DNA of 64,000 bases from Macrostomum hystrix (taxonomy: Eukaryota; Animalia; Platyhelminthes): assembly GCA_950097015.1 (NCBI GenBank), contig CATNEN010000001.1, positions 2,232,001 through 2,296,000 on the forward strand, written 5' to 3'. Both the position numbers and the translations under genes were made by a program. Below are positions 13,600-27,466 of this stretch, piece after piece. The notes under the pieces are model-generated. The model saw nothing but the letters and a program-made list of their open reading frames with translations. It was not told the origin of the DNA and did no database searches. Each line of letters begins with the position of its first letter. Position 1 is the stretch's first letter.

Positions 13600-16500
13600 G
13601 AAATTTTAAGAATCATTGAATTTTAGGAATATTTGAATTTTAAGAATCGTGTAATTCTATGAACGTGTAAATCTACAAATGTGTAATTCAAAGAATCGTG
13701 TGATTCCAAGAATCGTGTGATTCTAAGAATCGTGTGATTCAAAGAATCATGTAATTCTAAGAATCGTGTGATTCTAAAATCGTGTAATTCTAAGAATCGT
13801 GTGATTCTAAGAATCGTGTGATTCTAAGAATCGTGTAATTCTAAGAATCGTGTAATTCTAAGAATAGTGTGATTCTAAGAATCGTGTAATTCTAAGAATA
13901 GTGTGATTCTAAGAATCGTGTAATTCTAAGAATCGTGTGATTCTAAGAATCGTGTGATTCCAAGAATCGTGTAATTCTAAGAATCGTGTGATTCCAAGAA
14001 TCGTGTGATTCCAAGAATCGTGTAATTCTAAGAATCGTGTGATTCAAAGAATCGTGTGATTCAAAGAATCGTGTGATTCCAAGAATCGTGTGATTCTAAG
14101 AATCGTGTGATTCAAAGAATCATGTAATTCTAAGAATCGTGTGATTCTAAGAATCGTGTAATTCTAAGAATCGTGTGATTCTAAGAATCGTGTGATTTTA
14201 AGACTTGTGTAATTCTAAGAATCGTGTAATTCTAAGAATAGTGTGATTCTAAGAATCGTGTAATTCTAAGAATCGTGTGATTCAAAGAATCGTGTGATTC
14301 AAAGAATCGTGTGATTCAAAGAATCGTGTGATTCCAAGAATCGTGTAATTCTAAGAATAGTGTAATTCTAAGAATAGTGTAATTCTAAGAATCGTGTGAT
14401 TCTAAGAATCGTGTGATTCCAAGAATCGTGTAATTCTAAGAATCGTGTGATTCAAAGAATCGTGTGATTCTAAGAATCGTGTGATTCTTAGAATCGTGTG
14501 ATTCTAAGAATCGTGTAATTCTAAGAATCGTGTGATTCTAAGAATCGTGTGATTCTAAGAATCGTGTGATTCAAAGAATCGTGTGATTCTAAGAATCGTG
14601 TGATTCAAAGAATCGTGTGATTCAAAGAATCGTGTGATCCTAAGAATCGTGTGATTCAAAGAATCGTGTGATCCTAAGAATCGTGTGATTCTAAGAATCG
14701 TGTGATTCTAAGAATCGTGTGATTTTAAGAATCGTGTGATTCAAAGAATCGTGTGATTCAAAGAATAGTGTGATTCAAAGAATAGTGTGATTCAAAGAAT
14801 CGTGTGATTCAAAGAATCGTGTGATTCAAAGAATCGTGTGATTCTAAGAATCGTGTGATTCTAAGAATCGTGTAATTCTAAGAATCGTGTGATTCAAAGA
14901 ATTGTGTGATTCAAAGAATCGTGTGATTCAAAGAATCGTGTGATTCCAAGAATAGTGTAATTCAAAGAATCGTGTGATTCTAAGAATCGTGTGATTCCAG
15001 GAATCGTACTATTCTAAGAATAGTGTAATTCTAAGAATAGTGTAATTCTAAGAATCGTGTGATTCTAAGAATCGTGTGATTCCAAGAATCGTGTAATTCT
15101 AAGAATCGTGTGATTCTAAGAATCGTGTGATTCTAAGAATCGTGTGATCCTAAGAATCGTGTAATTCTAAGAATCGTGTGATTCTAAGAAGCGTGTGATT
15201 TTAAGACTTGTGTAATTCTAAGATTCGTGTGATTCAAAGAATCGTGTGATTCTAAGAATCGTGTGATTCTAAGAATCGTGTGATTTTAAGAATCGTGTGA
15301 TTCAAAGAATCGTGTGATCCTAAGAATCGTGTGATTCTAAGAATCGTGTGATTCTAAGAATCGTGTGATTTTAAGAATCGTGTGATTCAAAGAATCGTGT
15401 GATTCTAAGAATCGTGTGATTTTAAGACTTGTGTAATTCTAAGAATCGTGTAATTCTAAGAATAGTGTGATTCTAAGAATCGTGTAATTCTAAGAATCGT
15501 GTGATTCAAAGAATCGTGTGATTCAAAGAATCGTGTGATTCAAAGAATCGTGTGATTCCAAGAATCGTGTAATTCTAAGAATAGTGTAATTCTAAGAATA
15601 GTGTAATTCTAAGAATCGTGTGATTCTAAGAATCGTGTGATTCCAAGAATCGTGTAATTCTAAGAATCGTGTGATTCAAAGAATCGTGTGATTCTAAGAA
15701 TCGTGTGATTCTTAGAATCGTGTGATTCTAAGAATCGTGTAATTCTAAGAATCGTGTGATTCTAAGAATCGTGTGATTCTAAGAATCGTGTGATTCAAAG
15801 AATCGTGTGATTCTAAGAATCGTGTGATTCAAAGAATCGTGTGATTCAAAGAATCGTGTGATCCTAAGAATCGTGTGATTCAAAGAATCGTGTGATCCTA
15901 AGAATCGTGTGATTCTAAGAATCGTGTGATTCTAAGAATCGTGTGATTTTAAGAATCGTGTGATTCAAAGAATCGTGTGATTCAAAGAATAGTGTGATTC
16001 AAAGAATAGTGTGATTCAAAGAATCGTGTGATTCAAAGAATCGTGTGATTCAAAGAATCGTGTGATTCTAAGAATCGTGTGATTCTAAGAATCGTGTAAT
16101 TCTAAGAATCGTGTGATTCAAAGAATTGTGTGATTCAAAGAATCGTGTGATTCAAAGAATCGTGTGATTCCAAGAATAGTGTAATTCAAAGAATCGTGTG
16201 ATTCTAAGAATCGTGTGATTCCAGGAATCGTACTATTCTAAGAATAGTGTAATTCTAAGAATAGTGTAATTCTAAGAATCGTGTGATTCTAAGAATCGTG
16301 TGATTCCAAGAATCGTGTAATTCTAAGAATCGTGTGATTCTAAGAATCGTGTGATTCTAAGAATCGTGTGATCCTAAGAATCGTGTAATTCTAAGAATCG
16401 TGTGATTCTAAGAAGCGTGTGATTTTAAGACTTGTGTAATTCTAAGATTCGTGTGATTCAAAGAATCGTGTGATTCTAAGAATCGTGTGATTCTAAGAAT

Positions 16501-17280
16501 CGTGTGATTTTAAGAATCGTGTGATTCAAAGAATCGTGTGATCCTAAGAATCGTGTGATTCTAAGAATCGTGTGATTCTAAGAATCGTGTGATTTTAAGA
16601 ATCGTGTGATTCAAAGAATCGTGTGATTCAAAGAATCGTGTGATTCTAAGAATCGTGTGATTCTAAGAATCGTGTAATTCTAAGAATCGTGTGATTCAAA
16701 GAATTGTGTGATTCAAAGAATCGTGTGATTCAAAGAATCGTGTGATTCCAAGAATAGTGTAATTCAAAGAATCGTGTGATTCTAAGAATCGTGTGATTCA
16801 AAGAATAGTGTGATTCAAAGAATCGTGTGATTCAAAGAATCGTGTGATTCAAAGAATCGTGTGATTCAAAGAATCGTGTGATTCTAAGAATCGTGTAATT
16901 CTAAGAATCGTGTGATTCAAAGAATTGTGTGATTCAAAGAATCGTGTGATTCAAAGAATCGTGTGATTCCAAGAATAGTGTAATTCAAAGAATCGTGTGA
17001 TTCTAAGAATCGTGTGATTCCAGGAATCGTACTATTCTAAGAATAGTGTAATTCTAAGAATAGTGTAATTCTAAGAATCGTGTGATTCTAAGAATCGTGT
17101 GATTCCAAGAATCGTGTAATTCTAAGAATCGTGTGATTCAAAGAATCGTGTGATTCTAAGAATCGTGTGATCCTAAGAATCGTGTAATTCTAAGAATCGT
17201 GTGATTCTAAGAAGCGTGTGATTTTAAGACTTGTGTAATTCTAAGATTCGTGTGAATCTAAGAATTGTGTGATGAATCGT
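13600..17280. repeat. 17-bp minisatellite (GATTCTAAGAATCGTGT) with an internal GATTC-NNN-GAATC palindrome and higher-order blocks
   Basis: Read directly. The CCAGGAATCGTACT variant lies at 14997, 16221 and 17020 (spacings 1224 = 72 units and 799 = 47 units). Confidence 0.97.
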
Positions 17281-17517
17281 GCCTGCCATCACAGACGCAT
17301 AGCTGAGTATTATAAGAATTGTTCTAAAGAAAGTTTTTGGATTCGAAGAATTTCATACTTAGAAAACTACTGAACCTCCAATTTCAGACACGATAAATGT
17401 CATTGTTTGTCAGTAAATATCAGTTAGCAATTTACATTGTTCTTACCTAAATTGCACTACAGTGTGTAAATTATTATTATTAAAGAATGATAATAAGCAA
17501 TAGATTTTCGCCAACTC

Positions 17518-19733
17518 TTAGTGATTAGAGCCCGAAGTGAAGGTTGTCAGGAGGGCCGCGTCCACCGGCTGGTTGCAGGACGGGCAGGCGAAAGAGCGCA
17601 TCAGCCAATCATCGATGCAGTCCTTGTGATAAGTGTGGGTGCACGGCAAACAGCGGAGTCGATCGCCTTCGGCATAGTCGACCATGCAGATGACGCACCT
17701 GAATGTGACGGCAGGTGGTGGTAGTATTTGGACAGAACTTCTCCAGATTTTCTTGTTTGATTTGCTGTTTATTACTTAAAGTAGAATAGTGCGGTAGGTT
17801 ATATGGACTTCATGGGCAGCCAGTTTATTTAATCAAGAAAAGAGCTGTAAAACACTCTTAGTACATAGCAAAACAACTTACAGCTAAATGAAAAAATGAC
17901 AAAAAACTGGATATTATAATTTCTTTATGCAACAAAATAGCCTGGAATTAATCAGATTCAAGCTAGAAAGTGAATGACGCCTAATTTGGGCAGGTGAGCT
18001 GGAAGCATAATTAGGTAAAGTTGCGGATATTTAGACAGGAACTTTTGCAGTCTGTAGAACCTGCCTGTCCATGAGCCTGTCTGTCGAATCAGTCTGTCTA
18101 TGAGCCTGTCTGTAGAATCTGTCTGTCCATGAGCCTGTCTGTCTGTAGAATCAGTCTGTCTATGAGCCTGTCTGTAGAATCAGTCTGGCTATGAGCCTGT
18201 CTGTAGAATCAGTCTGGCTATGAGCCTGTCTGTAGAATCAGTCTGGCTATGAGCCTGTCTGTAGAATCAGTCTGGCTATGAGCCCGTCTGTAGAATCTGT
18301 CTGTCCATGAGCCTGTCTGTCTGTAGAATCAGTCTGTCTATGAGCCTGTCTGTAGAATCAGTCTGGCTATGAGCCTGTCTGTAGAATCAGTCTGTCTATG
18401 AGCCTGTCTGTCTGTAGAATCAGTCTGTCTATGAGCCTGTCTGTCTGTAGAATCAGTCTGGCTATGAGCCTGTCTGTCTGTAGAATCAGTCTGTCTATGA
18501 GCCTGTCTGTAGAATCAGTCTGTCTATGAGCCTGTCTGTAGAATCAGTCTGTCTATGAGCCTGTCTGTAGTCATGTCAAAGGCCATATTATACTTACTCC
18601 CAGTTCTTGTCTCTCTCGGCGGCCTCAGAAAATAATCGTACAGGCAGGTGGTTAATTAAGCCGATGCGTTTGGCAATTTTAATTTGCTCCTCCTCAGACA
18701 GCTGATCGACTCGACGTCCAACACCTGGCGACAAGTAGTACAGCGGCGGAGCACGCTGCTGCTGGAATTTTATTGTGGCTGATATATGCTTGAGATAAAT
18801 TAGCCAGATAAATCCAAGCTATGTCACTGAGAAGCCAGCTGATAAAAGTGCTCACAGTGACTATTTTTCAAACTAAACGAATCTAAGGATTGCAGGCCAG
18901 GAATAAATGATGAGATGGGGAAGAGAAACTGACGTCACAGCTAGGGTCGGACTAAGCCAAGGGGAGTGTTTTCTGAGATGGGCGCCAGAGAGGTCTATCT
19001 ATCATGCAGCTGGTTAGCAGACCATTATTATCGGATGCAGTTGCATTCTGGACATATATCTACATCTATCTTGCTAGCCTTGAAGAAGAGAAGAATAAAA
19101 ATAGAATTGAAAAAATCGGCCCAGCGAAGGCTCACCCTAGATAGATAATTTACCTGCGTGGCCAGATGCAACGGCAGGTTAATGATAGAGGAAAGCATAG
19201 ACAGAAGGATTTGCAACACGCGCAATGATGAATAGAAACTTGCAGTAACACGAGAGGAACCACAGCTGCATGTCCCTCACTTTTGTAGCGAAATTGCGCT
19301 GTTTGCAACGCATGTCTAGAAACTAAAGTAACTTGTTGCAAACATATTTGAAGATTGTACTGATAAGGATTTAGGCAAACTGTAAAAAACTAAATATATA
19401 ATTGTTGTGGCTAGGAAAGACCAGCGATACTAGCAAAAGAGAGGCCGCGGAGGGTTTGGCTTCGCGCTTGCGGAATATAAAAGTACTTGCATTATTTTTA
19501 GCAGTATACTAGTAGCAATAAAGAAGAGCAAGTAGCATTTAAAAAATCTACACCACAAAAGATTTTCTAAAACTCACAGCAGATTGAGATTCTCCTTGAT
19601 TCGCTTGCACAAGCAAAGCCTCTGCAGTTCCAGGGGAACTCGAATCTAGTGAATCCTGGTCAGGAATCAAGTCTAAGTCACTGTCTCGGCGATTTTGATT
19701 AAAAGAAAAACAAGCTCTAATTATATTCCCCAT
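17518..19733 (-). CDS. RNF11: RING finger protein 11-like (RING-H2 E3 ligase), 3 exons, about 166 aa
   Basis: Exons 19733-19578, 18761-18598 and 17698-17518, with GT-AG boundaries and consistent phases. It has an N-terminal MGN (myristoylation-type start), QLSEEEQIKIAKRIGLINHLP, and the RING CVICMVDYAEGDRLRCLPCTHTYHKDCIDDWLMRSFACPSCNQPVDAALL, all typical of RNF11. Exons 2-3 are absent from the ORF track. Confidence 0.93.
18050..18570. repeat. 29-bp minisatellite (CTGTAGAATCAGTCTGGCTATGAGCCTGT) in RNF11 intron 2
   Basis: Read directly; includes 33-bp variants with an extra GTCT. Confidence 0.93.
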
Positions 19734-20306
19734 TAAATTTGAGATTTAGTCACAAAAGCTCTCAGAAAAATAATGAGACTTAAAAAACCAGTCTAACAAA
19801 CGATTTGGGAGAAAGATATTTAATGAAACGCATTCGAATATTTATCAAAAAAGTGAATGTTAAATCAGAGCACAAAATCAGCTGATATTTGTGTAAGCAA
19901 TCTGGTAATAAGTAATACATAAGGGCGTAAATTACTGAGCTTAAATGTAAAAAAGTCAAATAGCTAAAAGAGAACTTTGACCTAAAATGATGTGGAGCAG
20001 TTTTATTTGTTATTGCGACTGCTTTTCTTTTTTACATATTTAAAAAGATAGGAAAACTTACTGTTAGTCATATATTTCGCAATACGTAAATAAATATCCC
20101 TTATTTATTAGGCCTGGCTAGTGGCAGTTACTGTGTAGACGCGGCCTTGCTAGCATTGTTAAAATCAGCAACTTTTTCTATCTACAAGATATAAAAATTT
20201 GAAGCATACGAATAGGAAACTACATTGTTTTCTCAAGGTTAACCTGCTAGCTGCTTCCAACTCGTTTCTATTTATCAGTATTTAATAACCAACCAGCGTT
20301 TATGAA
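19734..20306. promoter_or_regulatory. Probable bidirectional promoter between divergent RNF11 and SNF5
   Basis: The two start codons are 573 bp apart in head-to-head orientation. Promoter elements were not individually identified. Confidence 0.55.
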
Positions 20307-23300
20307 ATGCAGACTTATGGTGTCAAACCTGAACCAGTCGAGCTGGATGATTCAGGAGAACAGTTTTATCTTGCTTCTGAGGTATGTTCCTGATTCTATC
20401 GGCATCACTGTGTTAAATGCATGCTTTCTTACTGATATGTTAATGTAACTATGCTGTGTCCTTGTATCAAAGCAAATGTATATATTTTCGTTTTTATATC
20501 ATAAAAGTGCAGTTCTAATAAGTGTACCTATATAAATTGCTAGCTATGCTCTAGCCTCAAAACACAATACACAATGACCTTGTATATTGAGTTAGGGTAA
20601 TGTATCATCAACCAAACAAGAATGTGTATTTTTTAGGCCTACTTCAAACCTAAGCTACAGATTTTCTATTTAAGATATTATTATAAATCAAAAGCTAAGT
20701 TATAGAAAACAGTTACATCTTTCTAAAAAGTATCTGATTTTGCTATTTTGTCAAATAGAAAAAAGCTATTCCTGCTTTTCATCTAAAACCGAGCAATGAT
20801 TTTCATGTATCTTCAAACCAAATGGAGAACTTGATGTTTGGTTTTACAATTTGAGTGAGTGGTTTAATATTATTTTAACGAGTGAACTATCATGAATTAT
20901 GTCATTTGAAAGCATTTTTTGTGCTCTATAAATAACTGCATTTATGGTCATTTAATTGGTAAGCAACTACATACAATCTTCATCTAAAGTACATACTGAA
21001 AAAATGTTGTCAAAAGTATGCTTTTGCAAAAAAAATTCTACTGAAAGATCAATATCTTTCCTCTTAATGCTTCATTGCACTGCACATCATGCCTCAGCTT
21101 GTAGATAATTTCTTTGACTTTCAAGTTAGTTGTTCTGTGAAACACAATAGCTTGTTTCTGTCTTGCACGAGACCAAGGAAGGAGTCAAAATTCTTGTTCA
21201 GTTTTGAAGATACACTGTTCGGTTGATGATAGATTACCCTAAAGAATGTAAAGATTGACAATATTTGTCCAAATTTTTAGAAATACTGACCATTGAGAAC
21301 TTTTAGCTATTCATATTCATATATGTTTTTTGGGGTTGATCCAAATATTTCCATAGTTGGAATCATGTTAGGTGCACACCAGAACAAAATCATAGAGTTT
21401 ATTTGCATGTCAATGCAAAGCAGATACATTATACAAATTTTATATTCCATGATACATTGCTTAAGGCATTCAACAGATACATTTCTTTGAACTGGCTATA
21501 TGAATTCTGAATATAAAGTCTATATTTTTGCATATTCTGTGCATCATTACATTTTGTATGTGCTATGTCTACGCCGTAGCACTCAGCACTGTACAGCAGA
21601 CTCATGCATTGCTATGCATGCCATTGCCAGCCCATGACAGACAATTGCTTTTGCATGCCAATGAAAGCCAACTTTTCAAATGCATGTCAGAGAATTCTGG
21701 AGTGTTCTACATGATTTTGACTATGGAAATAATGAATGTTAAATGTAAGAAAAATATGTGCTATGCCAAATTACAATGCAGGAGGCATGTCAAATGGTCC
21801 TAGAATGATCCTGAGACCTACATTAGTACTTACATGGATATATGGGTACTTTGACTACTTGGTTCAATAAGCCATAAGACCTGCTAAGCTAAGCTTAACT
21901 AGTGTTTACCACTAACATGTGCAGCTTACCTTTGGTAATAAATTTGATCCAAACTGCTAAACCATGTACCTTTTGAGTGTCTTGAGATGTTTACTCAATC
22001 ATAAGAGAACTGCTCTTCATTAGTTTAAAGAGCTTGGGTTGGAAAAAAATGATCTTGAACATAATAGCAGCTCCTTCATGACAATCATAGCAAGTATACA
22101 AGTATGCATTGTATATATTATTGTATGTGTTAGCATTCTTGCTTCAGAATAGACAGAAACAATAGTGTATGTATGCATTGTATAAAAACTATCAACCAAA
22201 TTGTGATCAAATCTGTGTTCTATAAGGCACTGCTAATGCCATGGTAAAACAAATTAAAAGTTTGCTGTAGATTTATCTTTTAGCAACTTTTAGCAACTTT
22301 TTTATGATACCAATTTTTTTTATTCTGTGTACTAAGCTGGCATATATTTTTTTCTGGTAGAAAATTTGGTACAGTTGGTCGGTAATACTTATTTTCAACG
22401 GTTATTAAAATATTTTTTTTGTTATGTTTAATTTGTTCTTATTTCTGGGGCACAAGTAAATTGAAATTCAAGTTTATATAAATTTTCAACAACAATGAAT
22501 TAGAAATATAAGTTGAGATAGCATATCAAAATATGTAATATATGTTTTTGTTATCTGTGATGCCAATTAAGGTGTTTTAATATTAATCAGAATTTTAATT
22601 AATTAAAATTATAATTTATGCTTAACCTGATAAATGCAAAAATGCCTGCATCATAAATCTATATCTTCAGTAATGCAAATTAAATATGCATTTTTTCTGG
22701 TTTAGCAATTAAATCCACATGGTTGTTGTAAATGTGGCAGGAAAGGAAATGGTACCCATTCTGCTACAGATTTAGCAGTACAAATTTTTCATTTTCAAGT
22801 GGAATCATAAATTATGAACTTGTTACATGGAAGAGTCAATGATCATATTGTACTCGAATATGTGGTCACTATGAAAGTTGTACTTGCAAGTTTCAGTTTT
22901 ATCTGCATGTATAATTCTACCATCTGCACATGTGTCGGACAGAAATTCTCTTGTATTAAAAAGTAAGTATTTGTCTGGAATCAAATTACAAATATACTAA
23001 TTATCAGTTCTGTTCCTATTCCCATAACAGATTGGCAGCTACCTTCGTCTATTCCGTGGCACCATATTCAAACGTTATCCGGGCCTATGGCGCAAGGTGG
23101 TCACTCCGGAGCAGCGCAAACGCCTAGTTTCTATGGGCCGATCCACTCCAGTGACGTCGGCACACGCGATCCTAGTGCGAGCGTCCGAAATAGACGAATT
23201 TTTGTCTGGGCGCGCTGATAAATTTCGTCCTGAAGGCTGTCGCGATACTACTATCGACACAGTCGGCAGCAGTAGTGCCACCGCAGTTGTAGTTGGTAAT

Positions 23301-24779
23301 ATGACTAGAAGTGCGTCAAGTGCCGCGGCTTCGTCTGTGCCTAGCACCAGCTTTCACCTAGACGCTGTGCCCTGTCCAACACCGATCAATCGTAATAGAC
23401 TCGGTCGCGGTCCCGGGTCTAAGATACACACGTTTCCTTTGTGCTACGATGACAGCGACCCGCAAGCTATGCAGGATAATGCTAGACAGCCGCTCTGCTT
23501 GGTACCGATTCGTTTGGATATGGAGTTTGATGGCGTGAAATTGCGCGACTGTTTCACCTGGAATAAATACGAACAGTTGATTAGTCTGGAACAGTTCGCC
23601 GAGATTCTGTGCGACGATCTAGATTTGAATCCGTTGACTTTCGCGCCGGCAATCGCCCAGGTTGGTTTTCGAAATTCCGGTTTTCTAGTATACTGGATTA
23701 AGTTAAGTTGTACTAGTAGTTCTGCCCCATGATCAAAACAATTTTTTTCTTTTTAGTTCCTTTGCCACTTGAGGCTCACACCAAATACAGAACCTATGTG
23801 ATTTTTTGTCCTAAATGACTAGATTTGAATAAGAACCAGCAGATCTAGCCCCAGCCATGCGTGTAGCAAAAACGTAAATTAGAAATAGAATTAAAAGTAT
23901 GTTTGCGAAAATTGTCTACTACTCGTGATTCGGTAAACTCTTGCTTGTCAAAAATATATTACTAAAGAAACAGCAGATTTTTATTTTAAATGGCAAATTA
24001 TTTATTATGGCCATAGAACATTATTGGTGACAGTAGACCCACAGCCAGCTGACTCTTGAGCACACTCACACGCATATACCATACCATGCACACGCTCACA
24101 CAGGTGTGTACATATGCACTGACTTTCTCGTCGTCAGACAGTGTACACTTCACTGTGCCTCGCAGGTTGGCCCTTAAATGTGGCGTTGCCGCGGAATCGA
24201 GTTCAGGGACCTCGATTGACCGCTCTGCCATTCAAGCCCCAAATTTTTAGTATATTGGACTAGCGATTCAGCGCCCCCTCGGCGCAGATGCTCTCTCTCT
24301 TCTAACACAGAGCACTCCTTTTTCTCTCGCAGACAATGCGACAGCAGATCGACGCCCACCCGTCTGAGGAGACACTTAGCGGCAGCGGCGGTCATCAACA
24401 AGATGCTCGCGTAGTGATTCGTCTAAACATTCACGTTGGCAACATCTCTCTAGTGGATCAGTTTGAATGGGATATCAGCGAGTCGGCTAATTCACCTGAG
24501 GATTTCGCTTTGAAATTGTGCGCCGAACTAGGCCTTGGCGGCGAATTTGTCACCGCCATCGCTTATAGTATTCGCGGCCAAATAGCCTGGCACCAGAGAT
24601 TGTACAGCTTCACCGAGTCGCCTCTGCCATCGCTGGAGGCTGTGTTTCGCAATCCGTCTGAAGCCGATCAATGGTGCCCGAATGTTGAAACTCTGACCGA
24701 CGCCGAGATGGAAAAGAAGATTCGCGATCAGGATAGGAATACTAGGCGAATGCGACGGCTAGCTAACAATGCCTGGTAA
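20307..24779 (+). CDS. SMARCB1: SWI/SNF subunit SNF5/SMARCB1/INI1, 3 exons, about 383 aa
   Basis: Exons 20307-20381, 23031-23660 and 24333-24779. MQTYGVKP...FYLASE|[22 protein letters not shown] is the winged-helix N-terminus, [22 protein letters not shown] and [19 protein letters not shown] are the RPT1/RPT2 repeats, and the C-terminus is [14 protein letters not shown]. Confidence 0.97.
23998..24242 (-). mobile_element. SINE family A copy (internally deleted) in SNF5 intron 2
   Basis: The reverse complement has TGGCAGAGCGG (A box), GAACTCGATTCC (B box), the GTGTACAC hairpin and an ATT-type tail. Confidence 0.75.
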
Positions 24780-25024
24780 TAGGGCGAGTCTGTAAACAAT
24801 AAATACATTTTAATTCATCTTGGTAAATGTTGTCATTTTTTAATAATTTTGTTTAATTTTAAAGTCCCACTTAGTTTGAAGCTAAATCTGCCCACTTGCC
24901 TGTCTGTGTCCAATTCTCTAAGTTTCTAATTCTAAAGTTAGTCTTTAATTATCCGTCTCTACCCAACTGTCTCTACTCTCTACCCTTCTCAATAAGTCTA
25001 TCTCTGCCTGTCCATCTTCACTTT

Positions 25025-25600
25025 TCTGTCTCTACCTGTCTAACTCTACCTGTCTGTCTCTACCTGTCTGTCTCTACCTGTCTGTCTCTACCTGTCTGTC
25101 TCTACCTGTCTGTCTCTACCTGTCTGTCTCTACCTGTCTGTCTCTTCCTGTCTGTCTCTACCTGTCTGTCTCTACCTGTCTGTCTCTACCTGTCTGTCTC
25201 TACCTGTCTGTCTCTACCTGTCTGTCTCTACCTGTCTGTCTCTTCCTGTCTGTCTCTACCTGTCTGTCTCTACCTGTCTGTCTCTACCTGTTTGTCTCTA
25301 ACTGTCTGTCTCTACCTGTCTGTCTCTACCTGTCTGTCTCTACCTGTCTGTCTCTATCTGTCTGTCTCTACCTGTCTGTCTCTACCTGTCTGTCTCTACC
25401 TGTCTGTCTCTACCTGTCTGTCTCTACCTGTCTGTCTCTACCTGTCTGTCTCTACCTGTCTGTCTCTACCTGTCTGTCTCTACCTGTCTAACTCTAACTG
25501 TCTGTCTCTACCTGTCTGTCTCTACCTGTCTGTCTCTACCTGTCTGTCTCTACCTGTCTAACTTTAACTGTCTGTCTCTAACTGTCTGTCTTTAACTGTT
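25025..25600. repeat. 14-bp minisatellite (TCTACCTGTCTGTC)n
   Basis: Read directly. Confidence 0.95.
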
Positions 25601-26187
25601 ACATTGTCAGTGTATCTCAAATAGTTTTAAGTATCTATGTTTAACTGTTTATATGCATGTCAGTTTATATTTGTTGGTATTTAACTGTAGGCATTTCTGT
25701 CAGTGTTTTTGTGAAGCCAGTTTTTTGTTTCTTTGATTGTTTGCTAATAGGCAAATATATTTATTATTCATTGTTTGTCCCTTTCTGTAAATCATTTTTA
25801 GTATAGTTTACAAAAAAGTGTTATATTCCCTAGTTCATATTGCACGAATATAAGCTCTTTAGTTGTAAAACTTACTAGTAGTAATTTATTTTGTTTAAAT
25901 GTTCAGTATGTTTGGTCCATTGTTTTTTATTGTGTAAATTCAAGTAAAATTGTGTTGAATGATGCTAATCGCTTACATTTAACATCTTATGCTCACGCTA
26001 AGAACTTGTTAAAAGGCTGATAATTAATGAGTCAATAAGTTTTGTAATCCCTAAAATCTTGTCCCATTTTATTATCATTTATTGGAATGCACAGTTAATT
26101 ACAATGTCATTTTATAATTTTAGTTTTATTCCAACCAGCTTGGTTCTGTGCAACAGTTGTTTTTAGTTTTGTCATTCTCTTATTAAT

Positions 26188-26895
26188 TGTTAGTCAATAG
26201 ATCTGGTTTTGTAGTCAATAGATCTGGTTTTGTAGTCAATAGAACTGGTTTGGTAGTCAATAGATCTGGTTTTGTAGTCAATATATCTGGTTTGGTAGTC
26301 AATAGATCTTGTTTGGTAGTCAATATATATGGTTTAGTAGTCAATAGATCTGGTTTGGTAGTCAATAGATCTGGTTTTGTAGTCAATATATATGGTTTAG
26401 TAGTCAATAGATCTGGTTTGGTAGTCAATAGATCTGGTTTTGTAGTCAATAGATCTGGTTTGGTAGTCAATAGATCTGGTTTGGTAGTCAATAGATCTTG
26501 TTTGGTAGTCAATATATATGGTTTAGTAGTCAATAGATCTGGTTTGGTAGTCAATAGATCTTGTTTGGTAGTCAATATATATGGTTTAGTAGTCAATAGA
26601 TCTGGTTTGGTAGTCAATAGATCTTGTTTGGTAGTCAATATATATGGTTTAGTAGTCAATAGATCTGGTTTGGTAGTCAATAGATCCGGTTTTGTAGTCA
26701 ATAGATCTGGTTTGGTAGTCAATAGATCTGGTTTGGTAGTCAATAGATCTGGTTTGGTAGTCAATAGATCTGGTTTTGTAGTCAATAGATCTTGTTTAGT
26801 CAATAGATCTGGTTTTGTAGTCAATAGATCTGGTTTTGTAGTCAATAGATCTGGTGTGGTTGTCAATAGATCTGGTGTGGTTGTCAATAGATCTA
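26188..26895. repeat. 21-bp minisatellite (GTAGTCAATAGATCTGGTTTG)n
   Basis: Read directly. Confidence 0.95.
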
Positions 26896-27028
26896 ATTTA
26901 GAAATCGAAGTAATGCTGTAGGCCTTCTGTTTTTTAAGTTAAATATAATTGAGATAATTTTTCCGGCTTGTTAATCAGATCTATTTTTATGCTCTTACCT
27001 CCACATGAAAATCTTAGTTAGCTATTTG

Positions 27029-27340
27029 TCGGTTGTAGCCTTTTAGTTGGAGCGTCCGACCCACGACTTAAAGGTCGGGGGTTCGATTCCTGACTCCACT
27101 GGAACAATTTGTGTCCTTTTGCAAGACACTTCACTCTGCATTACTTCATTTCACCCAGCTGTTAAATGGGCACCAGCATTCGCTGGGGTAATTAAGGGTG
27201 GGTGTGGCGTCCCTCCTCAGTCCATGGACTGAACAGCCTGTACGCAGCCTTAAGATATGCCGCACAATAGCTACCACTGTGCTGTGGGCTGTACATCTTC
27301 CCCAATTAGGGCAGGTGTAATCAATTATTATTATCATTGA
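27029..27340 (+). mobile_element. tRNA-derived SINE family B with a CORE-like central domain, near full length
   Basis: B box GGTTCGATTCC, then GTGTCCTTTTGCAAGACACTTCACTCTGCATT...CAGCTGTTAAATGGG, the palindrome TCAGTCCATGGACTGA and an ATT tail. Related copies lie at 39460, 52255(-) and 60372. Confidence 0.8.
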
Positions 27341-27466
27341 TATTATAAAGCATTATAATTTTATGATTAATCTGCCTTCAATTTCAGCCGCATCTAATCC
27401 CAGGATCAGAGCTCGAAGGTATTAATAGTATTTCCTAAGACTAGAATTCAGCCAGCCACACTAAAG

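Noticed and set aside
7700-13600. Short ORFs in the AT-rich region
   Set aside because: No recognisable homology, coding-like composition or consistent splice structure.
13600-17280. CRISPR-like array (short palindromic repeats)
   Set aside because: The units are head-to-tail with no unique spacers, there are no cas genes, and the context is eukaryotic.
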